Shown: positions 1 to 10,258 of the stretch, one piece after another
Layout of the letters: every line of letters begins with the position of its first letter
Position numbering within the stretch: the stretch's first letter is position 1
NCBI RefSeq assembly: GCF_006345805.1
Contig: NW_021835402.1
Span: forward strand, 1 to 40,403
Direction: 5' to 3'
DNA length: 40,403 nucleotides
DNA from: Octopus sinensis
Taxonomy: Eukaryota
Translations under genes and position numbers: made by a program
The notes under the pieces: generated by a model
Databases searched by the model: none
What the model was told of the DNA's origin: nothing
What the model saw: the letters and a program-made list of their open reading frames with translations, nothing else

Positions 1-310
1 CTTCCTTTCGGCCCATTGCCGGGAGAGATTGACCACTCTACTTATCTCGTTCCAGTTTTTTTCGGTTTGAAGGTCCGGACCAAACTAGACCCCGAGCAAC
101 GCGATCGGACCGTTGGTCCAGCGTCCCACGACGGAGGCGCCGCTGAACGGCATGGACTTGCTTCTCCAGGTGCCGAACCGCAAGCCCACCGACTTTTCCC
201 GGTTGATTTTCGCTCCTGTTACCGCTTTGTAGTCTTTCAGTGTTTCGCCGACCAGCTCGATGTGCTTCTGGCTAGACATTATGACGGTGACGTCGTCCGC
301 TCGTCCCGCA
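1..310 (-). mobile_element. 5'-truncated Tx1/L1-clade LINE RT fragment, homologous to ~11233-11559, with the YADD motif deleted
   Basis: Near-colinear with the RT region of the full element (GAKINREKSVGL, VVGRWT). It lacks 14 nt that encode part of SAYADD. Its 5' junction at 310 runs directly into GATAGATAG. The window starts inside the element. Confidence 0.92.
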
Positions 311-500
<190 letters not shown>

Positions 501-667
501 TTTAGATATATATGTGAGTGTATATATGTAGGTATGTATGTATATATGTATCTATGTCATTATTCGGTTATTTCAAGATTTCTTGCCAATAGAGAAAGAA
601 CCAGTTTCTAACCTAGATCCAAGGCTCCTTCATTGGAATTTCAAAATCAACAACAGAGTATTTTTAT

Positions 668-850
668 TTGTATGTATGTATGTATGTATGTATGTATGTA
701 GTATGTATGTATGTATGTATGTATGTATGCACGTATATGCATGCATGTATGTATGTATGTATGTATGTATGCATGCATGCATGTATGTATGTATGTATGT
801 ATGTATGTATGTATGTATATATGAATATATGTGCAAATTTGTATGTTTCA
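668..850. repeat. (TATG)n microsatellite
   Basis: Direct reading. Confidence 0.95.
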
Positions 851-1544
851 TGTATGTATTCTCATGCATATAGTTGCATATCTAGATATGCTAATATAAA
901 TTGAAATGATAAACTGGCGAAGCATTTGCCCGTTGTCAAACAGCAACCATACGGTTGCAGTCTTCTCCTCCATATCTTTAACACTGCTAGGCGGGTTAAT
1001 TCCCACTCTAAGGCAGAGTTCTCTTTTTAAGTTCCTCTCTGCCATGTCAAAAAAAGTTCAAAAGTAGTTCAAAAGACAGTGTGCCAAAAAAATTAAACCG
1101 AATAAAACTTATAACAAAATAAAGAAGAGGAAAGGAAACTGAAATTAAAGTAATGAAAAAAATGAATCAAAATTTAGAAAGAAAGAAAAAAAATAGAAGG
1201 GAAAAGTAAAAGAAAAACCTCACAAATAGCACAGACAGGGAATCCTTTGTATAATACTCCAAAAAGGTAATCCAAATGGCTTATTCTTGAAGTACTCCAG
1301 TTTGGAAGAATTGTACTTTTTCTGGCGAGATACGCCCACTAGAATTTACAAAAAGAATTTTCAAGCAAAAATTCTCAATTCACCGTTACGGTGATGAGAA
1401 CCCAGTATTTTGCTCGCTATAGGGAGCCATAATTGACAATTTTTCTTTTTCTTCTTTTTTCTATTCACGGAGCCAAAAAAACTCATATCTTGTCACTGTA
1501 ACAGTACAAACCAACTAGTGTTGCATTCTGGGTAACTGGAAGTA

Positions 1545-1581
1545 AGCAAGCTACTTACCACACAGCCACACCTACGCCTAT
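1545..1581 (-). mobile_element. SINE family B head fragment
   Basis: Reverse complement AGGCGTAGGTGTGGCTGTGTGGTAAGTAGCTTGCTTAC matches the head at 3583. Confidence 0.7.
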
Positions 1582-1584
1582 TTG

Positions 1585-2040
1585 TATATAATTTGCTTTT
1601 AATCAATGCTTCCTTGGTGCATTTTTGTGAACCTAATTTCCTGTTCGTATCAATTCTTTTACTGAATCCGTGTATTTTCAGTAACTGTGTTTCCAGTTGT
1701 TTATTACTGTTGCAGCATACAATTTCAGGCCATCCATAAACAAAAGCTGCATTGCTGTCTTTCCATAGCATTTATGTCCGACTTCGCTTTCGTTTAGCAT
1801 GGCAGTTGACAGTGTTAACGCCAGAAAGATTGAGAGTGAAGATGGAAAGTCTCTTTTGAAATATTCCATTCGTAATTAGTTTCAGATTCGTTTTCATAAT
1901 TCCCTCGTTTGTATCCACACAACAGCTGACCATTTATTAATAACGTTGTGCCTGATTATTATCGCTGCTACCTTACTACTAACTGTCCGCAGAATATGGT
2001 TAAAAGCTTTCCTAGTTGTCAACCTCTCTCACGTTAGAAC
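1585..2040 (-). mobile_element. Decayed R4/Dong-type RT fragment
   Basis: Frameshifted translation (LALTLSTAMLNESEVG...LLFMDGLKLYAA...KQLETQLLKIHGFSK...GSQKC) parallels GIFQGDSLSPLLFC...YMDDLKLFAKND...FGLDKC of the 31-33 kb element. Confidence 0.7.
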
Positions 2041-2698
2041 CTTCTTTCTCTTTCAAAATTTTTCAGTTACGTTTTTCTTTTTTTTTTCTGTTAAATCAGT
2101 GATATATCTTTACAACCATACGTGCTTCGTGTTCTTCTGGCACTGAGATTTTTCAGATAATCCTTTATCCTCCACGAAAATTATGGACATATTACTGCTC
2201 GCGCAACCTTTTGAATGATATTCCAACTTTCACGAAGAACGTAATGTTTTATTTTTTTTAATAGTATTGCCCACTTGATGATGAGCCACTTCCCATGTGG
2301 CATGTTTCTCGAGAAAGGTTGCCCGATATTACTGAAGTAAAAGGCTTTTATTCTTTGAAGGCAAACAGGTTAAGTATTTGTAGTTTCGAAGGGTTGTTCT
2401 TCTTCTTCTTCTTCTTCCAATCAGGACTCACGCCATTAGGCACAAAGAATAAACTCTAATTCGAGCCTACTCTAAGCTACTAAGAATGCGTGTGGCAACT
2501 TGAAGATCCACCCACCACACACGTTAGACTGCCGGTTGCACGGGCGCGAAAGCTACGTTGTTATCCTCATTCCGTAAACGGTGGCTTTTAACGGGTGGAG
2601 AGCTGAACCATCCTGGGGTACAGAGGTTTCGCAATCTAGACTAGGGTCTGAAAGTTTATCACACCATAGTAGGTTACACCATGGTTCCTCTGCTTTGT

Positions 2699-2795
2699 GG
2701 CAGAAGTAGGAAGAAAGAGTGAGAGAAAGTTGTGATGAAAGAGTACAGTGGGGTTCACCACCACCACCCCCGCCGGGTCCCCGTGCACTCTTAGG
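2699..2795 (-). mobile_element. SINE family D body fragment
   Basis: GAAGAAAGAGTGAGAGAAAGTTGTG.TGAAAGAGT is shared with 20158-20200. Confidence 0.7.
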
Positions 2796-2904
2796 GTTGT
2801 TGCTGCTTTTCTACCGAGAATTAAGACGATTTCTCTCTCAGTGAGCCTACCGAATGCTATTCTTTCAGATTATTAGCTAGAGTTTTTGCTGTAAGATAAC
2901 ATTA

Positions 2905-3387
2905 TTTTATTTGTTTCAGTCATTTGACTGCGGTCATGCTGGAGCACCGCCTTTAGTCGAATAAATCGACCCCAGGACTTATTCTTTGTAATCCAAGCCT
3001 AGTACTTATTCTATCGGTCCTTTTTGCAGAACCGCTAGGTTACGGGGACGTAAACACACCAACATCGATTGTCAAACGATGGTGGAGAACAAACACAAAC
3101 ACACAAACACACACACGCACACATACACACAAATACACATACACACAACAACATACATACATATAAAATATTATATATTATATATAATTCTTTTTATATA
3201 TATATATATAAGTATATTAATATATAATATATTATATATTATATATATAATATATATATAATATATATATATATATTATATATATATATATTATACATAT
3301 ATACGACAGGCTTCTTTCAGTTTCCGCCGACCAAATCAACTCACAAGGCCTTGGTCGCCCGAGGCTATAGTAGAAGACACTTGCCCA
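2905..3387 (-). mobile_element. SINE family B, headless, with internal TA/CA microsatellite
   Basis: Reverse complement of the 3583-3990 copy. Confidence 0.9.
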
Positions 3388-3582
3388 TTATTTTTCATTT
3401 TTTATTTTTATTTTTTTAAATTTTATTTTATTTATTTATGCTATATTATCTTTGCTTGGCATCTTTCGTTTGTTTCTAACGATTTCTCGATCTTTACCCA
3501 ACAAGTTATTCCATTTTTAAATTTCCACCGAATTTAGAATTTCCATTCCTACCGTTTTCTTTCACTAAATATAATATTATAT

Positions 3583-3990
3583 AGGTGCAAGAGTGACTTT
3601 GTGGTAAGTAGCTTGCTTACCGACCACAGGTTCTGGGTTCAGTCCCACTGCGTGGCACCTTGGGCAAGTGTCTTCTACTATAGCCTCGGGCCGACTAAAG
3701 CCTTGTGAGTGGATTTGGTAGACGGAAACTGAAAGAAGCCCGTCGTATATATATATATATATATATGTGTGTGTATATATGTGTGTGTGTGTATGTTTGT
3801 GTGTCTGTGTTTGTCCCCCCAACATCGCTTGACAACCGATGCTGGTGTGTTTACGTCCCGTTACTTAGGGATTTGGCAAAACGAATAAGTATTAGGTTCA
3901 CAAAGAATAAGTCCTGGGGCCGATTAGTTCGACTAAAAGGCGGTACTCCAGCATGGCCGCAGTCAAATGACTGAAACAAGTAAAAGAATA
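3583..3990 (+). mobile_element. SINE family B (tRNA-derived head, internal TA/TG tract)
   Basis: Box A-like (GTGACTTTGTGG) and box B-like (GGTTCAGTCCC) motifs. Body recurs at 2905, 4583, 6813 and 34615. Probably one of the described Octopus OK/OR families; assignment needs a SINEBase/Repbase comparison. Confidence 0.9.
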
Positions 3991-4013
3991 AAGAAAAAGA
4001 AAGAAAGTATACC

Positions 4014-4247
4014 TATTTTTTTACCACCCGCAAGGGGCTAAACACAGAGGGGGCAAACAAGGACAGACAAACGGATTAAGTCGATTATATCGACCCCAGT
4101 GCATAACTGGTATTTATTTAATCGACCCCGAAAGGATGAAAGGCAAAGTCGACCTCGGCGGAATTTGAACTCAGAACGTAGCGGCAGACGAAATACTGCT
4201 AAGCATTTCACCCGGCGTGCTAACGAGTCTGGCAGCTCACCGCCTTT
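4014..4247 (-). mobile_element. SINE family A (tRNA head, central block, Tx1-like tail) with 17-bp TSD
   Basis: AAGAAAGAAAGTATACC at 3997-4013 and 4252-4268. Box B GTTCAAATTCC. Confidence 0.92.
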
Positions 4248-4582
4248 AAGAAAGAAAGAAAGTATACCGTTTCGTCCACATTTTCGTTTATGTAGCTTTA
4301 GTATGCCGGACAAAATGCTTAGCGGTTGTTTTCGTTCTCACTTCAAATGCCGTCAACGTCGACTTTACCTTTCATCTTTTTCAGGGTCGATAATATAAAT
4401 ACCAGTAGAAAACTTGTGTCAATATAATTACCTCCCCTTAAAATTCCTGACCATGTGCCAAAATTAGAAAGTACCATTCTATCTATAATTTAGTATGTCT
4501 TTTCTTTGTTTTCTGATGTTCTACAAAAGAAATTCTAGGTTTACGTTCTCAGTTCTAATAATTTTTTCTTTGGGTCAGTATA

Positions 4583-4950
4583 TCTTTTACTCTTTTACTT
4601 TTTTACTTGTTTCAGTCATGTGACCTACGGCCATGCTGGAGCAACACCTTTAGTCGAGCAAATCGACCCCAGGTCTTATTCTATCGCTTTATTTTGCCGA
4701 ACCGCTAAGTTACGGGGACATAAACACACAAGCATCGGTTGTGAAGCGATGTTGGAGGAGGACAAACACAGACAAACAAACATATACACACACTCATATA
4801 TATACATATACATATATACGACGGGCTTCTTTCAGTTTCCGTCTACCAAATCCACTCACAAGGCTTTGGTCGGCCCGAATCTATAGAAGGCACTTGCCCA
4901 AAATGCCACGCAGTGGGACTGAACCCGGAACCATGTGCCTGGTAAGCAAG
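4583..4950 (-). mobile_element. SINE family B
   Basis: Reverse complement of 3583-3990. Confidence 0.9.
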
Positions 4951-4991
4951 GTGGTGGTGATGACGATGGTGATGATGACGACGATGATGAC

Positions 4992-5028
<37 letters not shown>

Positions 5029-5090
5029 GTGATGATGATGGCGATGGTGGTGGTGAGGGTGCTGGTGCTGGTAATATTGCTGCTGCTGTT
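4951..5090. repeat. (GAT)n/(GGT)n trinucleotide tract
   Basis: Direct reading. Confidence 0.9.
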
Positions 5091-5329
5091 TCTACAATGT
5101 TCCAAAGTTAGGTATTCTTCCCACGTTCATTTCAATTACTTAAACTTAATTTTTAAAAATCATTGTTTCTAAATATTCAACATTACACCTTACACAACAT
5201 ACATATGCATAAGTGTGTGCGGAGTGTACGCTTGCCCGTATGCATGTGTGTGTATGTGTATGAGTGTGTGTGCGTGTATATGTCAGAAACAAATGGAGAG
5301 AGAGAGATATAGATATATGCATACATAAT

Positions 5330-5550
5330 GCACAGAAATGATATACACACCCACCCATACATAAGTATATATATAAAATAATATATATATATCTATAAGT
5401 ATTATATATTTAAATATATATATAATGATATATATATATATGATAATATATATATATTTACATATATATATATATTTTATATATTTAATATATATATATG
5501 ATATAATCATATATATATATATATATATTTACATATATATATATATTTAT

Positions 5551-5581
<31 letters not shown>

Positions 5582-5600
5582 TATTATATATGATACATAT
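5330..5600. repeat. Degenerate (TA)n tract
   Basis: Direct reading. Confidence 0.9.
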
Positions 5601-5974
5601 ATAAGCGTGCATTCACGGTACAGACGCATTCTTTCGCATATTCATATGCATACATACACACACACACACACACATGAGAAACCTGCAACTCTGATACCCC
5701 TGCAGGTAGTTGTGGCTTTTGATGTGTTCGTATTATCACGGTTGCATTGGGTTACGTAACAACGGATTTTGTACAAAAGGCAAGAAATAGAAGCGGTGGT
5801 GAGTCTCCAAGAAACAACAGACCAAACCGATTCGTAATTCCGAGAAACACAATGGAACGGTGCTTCTTTGAAGGTTTGCAAACTATTTCATGGACCTTCC
5901 TGGAAGATATGACCAAATTCGCACCTGCATTTTGCGGTACGCACACATATATAAGCATACGTGGTTATGTGTAC

Positions 5975-6410
5975 CTGAATCTATATGCATGCGTGAATTA
6001 TACATATATATATATATATGTGTGTGTGTTGTATTTCTGTATTTATATGCATGCATGAATATATATATAATATATAAGATGTATATATATATATATATAT
6101 ATAATATATATATATGTTTGTGTGCGTGTGTGTATTTATGTATCTATATGTATGCGTGAATTATACATATATATTATATGTGCGTTTGTGGTGTATTGGT
6201 GTGTGTGTTTGTGTATATTTATGTATCTATATGTATGCCTGAATTATACATATATGTGTGTGTGCGTGTGTGCGTGTGTATGTGTATTTATGTTTCTATA
6301 TGTATGTATCTATGTATGTATATGCATGCATGATAGTAATGTGTGTGTGTGTACTTACGTATCTATATGTATGTATGCATGTATGTGTTGTATGCACGAA
6401 TTATAAATGT
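5975..6410 (+). repeat. Cryptic minisatellite with core GTATCTATATGTATGCGTGAATTATACATAT, about 4-5 degenerate units
   Basis: Core recurs near 5980, 6140, 6222 and 6358 inside TA/TG sequence. Confidence 0.65.
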
Positions 6411-6812
6411 GTGTGAGTATATATACGTATCAGTGTATGTGCGTGAATGTGTGTGTGTGTGAATGTATGCATTAATGTACACCAATATATGCATGTATAT
6501 ATGCTTGAATGCGACTTAGCGTGTAAGCATGTATTTCTCTAAATACCTATGTACATACGCACGCATGTATGAATGCGCATAAGGTGACGTACACATACAC
6601 ACACATGTGTGCTAAAATGCCATGCACTCCCCTACATGTGTGCAGGATTATCTACGTTCACACCTTTGTTTATGCACGAGTAGAACTCGTTCACATATAC
6701 AGAAATACCTGGAAGCATCTTGTACCAAAGTACAGAGGCCTGTCATTTTGTTAGTGACCCGCTTGGATTCTACGATGGAAAATCTTAATTAGACATCAAA
6801 GAGAAACATACT

Positions 6813-7193
6813 TACAGGAGTGGCTGTTCGGTTAGAAGATTGCTTCCCAACCACAAGATTCGGGGTTCAGTTCCACTGCGTGGCACCTTGGGCAATTTTC
6901 TTCTACTAAAGTCTTGTGAGTGGATTCGGTAGACGGAATCTGGAAGAAGCTCGTCATATATATTATATATATATATATTTGTGTCTGTTTGTGTGTGGGT
7001 GTGTCTGTGTCTATGTGTATGCCTATGTCTGTGTTTGTAACCCCGCCATCACTTGGCAACCGATGCTGGTGTCTTTATGTTCCCGTACCTTACTGGTTCG
7101 GAAAAAGAATAGTTACTGGGGTTGATTTCCTTGAATAACAACCTGATAATTAAGGTGGTGCTCTAGCATGGCCGCAGCCAAATGTCTGAAACA
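6813..7193 (+). mobile_element. SINE family B, diverged
   Basis: Head GGAGTGGCTGTTCGGTTAG...GGTTCAGTTCC and tail GCATGGCCGCAGCCAAATGTCTGAAACA. Confidence 0.85.
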
Positions 7194-7233
7194 ATGTTGA
7201 ATACACTGTATGAAAGAATACACTGTATGTATG

Positions 7234-7261
<28 letters not shown>

Positions 7262-7264
<3 letters not shown>

Positions 7265-7550
7265 TGCTCAAAAGATTACTGACAAATACAAATCTATATA
7301 CACCAACCACAAAACCAGCGGTTTACAAAAATGTGGACATCCAAACTGTGGAACATGCCCCAACATACTGGAAGGCTCGGAATTCCAATTCAAACAAGGA
7401 AAGAAGTTCACAATTAAGACCAACTTCACTCGTGCTTTGGAGAACTTTGTTTATGTTATAACGTGTTCATGTTGTGGACACATCCATATTGGACAGACTA
7501 GGATGTCCCTTAGACGAAGAATCACACTGCATAAGGAAGTAAATCATTGA
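7262..7550 (+). mobile_element. Penelope-like element GIY-YIG endonuclease fragment
   Basis: CGHPNCGTCPNI...FVYVITCSCCGHIHIGQTRMSLRRRITLH fits the PLE GIY-YIG pattern (VY.ITC..C...YIGQT...L..R...H). Confidence 0.85.
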
Positions 7551-8118
7551 ATAATATATAGTATATTGACTAGTTATTATTTTCTTCACGCTAGCCCACT
7601 TGGAGCAAAAAATTTCTAAATAATTTCTTACTACCCTGAAATTTATTAATAATGATTTTTTGGCTAATTTTGGAAGAAAATCAGCATTTTTTATATTTGC
7701 TGCTGATAAAAAAACTGCGCTTGTGCGGCGGGTTTGTAAAAATTATAACATGTAAGCACGTGGCATGTTCTGTATTGCCTCGTATTTATATATTAATCTT
7801 GGCTTTCCTGCTGATGATAGCTGCGCGTAGCAAATTATTTTATTTGGCGAAGATAGCTTGAAACCATGGTACAGGAAATAGATGGTAAATGTTTATATTT
7901 TTCATTCCCTTTTGAAATTACCCATAATAGTGGTTTGGATTTTAACTACTCCTTCTAGCGGATTAGATGTCCTATTATGGCCATATCTTATGTGTTTAAG
8001 TATACACTGTATTTATATGAATAATATATAGTCTATTGACTAGTTATTTTTCTTCAAGCTAGACCTCTGGTAGCAAAAAATTTCTAAATATTTTTTACTA
8101 ACCTGAAATTTATTAATA
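7548..8118 (+). mobile_element. PLE pseudo-LTR-like region with ~100-bp direct repeats (7548-7650 and 8018-8118), containing a hammerhead
   Basis: TGAATAATATATAGT.TATTGACTAGTTATT...CTGAAATTTATTAATA occurs twice, 470 bp apart. Confidence 0.7.
7804..7878 (+). ncRNA. Minimal type I hammerhead ribozyme (canonical core, weakened helix II)
   Basis: TTTCCTG / CTGATGA / TAGCT...AGCTT / GAAA / CCATGG / TA / CAGGAAA. Helix I is 7 bp perfect, helix III is palindromic (ACCATGGT), predicted cleavage after 7871, 10.1:11.1 is U-U. Confidence 0.8.
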
Positions 8119-8119
8119 T

Positions 8120-8355
8120 AGGTATAGATATTTATATATATATACATATATGTATATAAATATATATATATATACATATATATATACATATATATATAAT
8201 ATATCCATTATGTATGTGTATATATATCTGTGTATGTATATATATTTATGTATATAAACAAATGTATATGTTTATGTATATATATGTATGTCTATATGCA
8301 TGTCTACGCAAATATATATGTGCTTATATGTTGTTGCGTGTTTGCACTATATGTA

Positions 8356-8389
<34 letters not shown>

Positions 8390-8430
8390 AGTATATATGT
8401 GTGTATGTGTGTGTATGTGTACGTGTGCGT
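8120..8430. repeat. TA/TG microsatellite block
   Basis: Direct reading. Confidence 0.9.
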
Positions 8431-8439
8431 GGATTTGTG

Positions 8440-8700
8440 TACATTCATTTCTTATACATTCTTCATATGTACTTTTTCATTTTGGCTGTGTTTTTCGTTT
8501 TTCTTTTATATTTTATTCGTTCTCTCTTCTCGTTCGTTTTCACGTCAACCGTATTGTATGTTTTGTGTTCTTCAACTTGGAACAAGAAATACAATATTTT
8601 TCTTCATTTTAAACATTTATTTAGATTTTCAATTGCTGAGGAAACGATAGATATTCATTTCTGAATATTTATTTTTAAAATATTTTTCGAATATCTATTA
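8440..8700. repeat. Unclassified interspersed repeat, second copy at 18905-19130
   Basis: Shared CTTCAACTTG.AACAA.A...TTTCTTCATTTTAAACATT.ATTTAGATTT...GGAAACGATAGATATTC. Confidence 0.75.
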
Positions 8701-9618
8701 TGGAAACATATGTTCAAGGATTATTTAAATGAATATTCTATTATATGTTTTATTATTTTACTCATTCTATTTTTTTCGACTCGAATTGATTAACTAGGAA
8801 ATAAAATAGTTTTCTTTTTTTTCATAATTCACACCGTTTCCATCTTGAGTTCTAAGTTACAGCTAATTGTGCGTATCTTAAAACATTTTGATACATATTC
8901 CATCGAAAATTGAAATATATATATTCTCCCTCCTATTGAGTCCTAATGCTTTCCTCCGTATATCAAGGAGAAAAATTTTATAGGAATGTCTTTGAAGAAT
9001 ATACCGATACCTCGGAAGAAAGATTACTGGAATTTTATATTCAAAAACAAATCATTTTAATCGAAGAATTAGATAGCGTGTTTCTATTTTGATCGGAAAA
9101 TATGTTCTTAAAAATAAAAACAACGCCAACATGTAAGGATTTAAAACTTACGAGAACCCACTAGATAAACCCGATTCAGGATAATTCCTAACAGGATCTA
9201 TTTCAAGTGAGTAAAAACGTTGAATTTTTATAAATACAAGGGTGCTTCCCAAAAAGAACTTGCCAGTAAAATAAGGAATATAAAAAATGCAAATCTACGT
9301 TCTTTAGGATAAACCGGTAATTTATATAGCAAAATTGAACAAACATCTACTACGTTGACAATGAAAGAACTAAAATAAAGCTATGTAATTATATATTATA
9401 TATCAAATTAACTAATAATAAAAAATTCAAATTTATTGATAAATATGGATTAACGGATCGAAGAGAAACATTTCAACGTATATGTCCTGCATTCAGTTTG
9501 AAGGCTCGTAGACCGAACATATATATATACGTGTGTGTGTGTACATATATATACATATATCTATATACATATACATTCATATATATATACTTACACACAC
9601 ATATATATACAGAGGCAC

Positions 9619-9662
<44 letters not shown>

Positions 9663-9709
9663 GGATAGATGGATAGATGGATAGACGGATAGACATAGAT
9701 AGATAGATA

Positions 9710-9760
<51 letters not shown>
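9619..9760. repeat. (GATA)n tract at the 3' end of the Tx1 LINE
   Basis: Direct reading. Confidence 0.95.
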
Positions 9761-10258
9761 TGTTTCTTTATTAGCCACACAGGGCTGCACACAGATAGAA
9801 CAAATTACAAGGTAGAGCTTTTTTTTGAAGGTATTAAAAAAAAAAAAAAAAAAAAAAGGAAGGGGGAGGTTCGATCAAAAGGGATCGTAAAAGGAGAGAA
9901 AGAGGACAAAAATAAGGGGGGTTAAAAAAAAAAAAAAAAAAAAAAGGGGGGGAGAGGAAAAAATGATCAATAGGGATCGTTATCACAGAAATGTCAATAT
10001 GAAGTGTAAAGGGGAGGACAGGTGAGGTTTACCCGTGGAGAAAAGCCTGCGGAAAAGACCACGGTAACCTCGGTCAATGAAGTCACATTTTATATTTCTT
10101 TTTTTTTTTTTTTTTTGCAAATAAGCAACTCTCTGTTTTCGATTTCTGGGTTCATAGGACTATGCTCAAGGTGGCTTCGTCATTCATACGTGCCATTCTT
10201 GCTACATTCACCCATCTTTTTTTAAAACATTCGCTAGACAAAACTTGCCTCTCTACTC

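Noticed and set aside
848-1045. 65-aa minus-strand ORF in non-repetitive-looking sequence
   Set aside because: No recognisable motif or convincing splice context.
2278-2312. Hammerhead-like TGATGA-GCCAC...GTGGC-ATGTTT
   Set aside because: GAAA and C3 are missing and no helix I is found. At most a dead remnant.
5747-6058. 103-aa plus-strand ORF that might be an exon
   Set aside because: No homology recognised, it runs into microsatellite, and all three frames after the nearest AG acceptor are closed.
9190-9320. Possible GIY-YIG remnant (YKYKGASQKELASKIRN)
   Set aside because: Too short and degenerate to support without a profile search.
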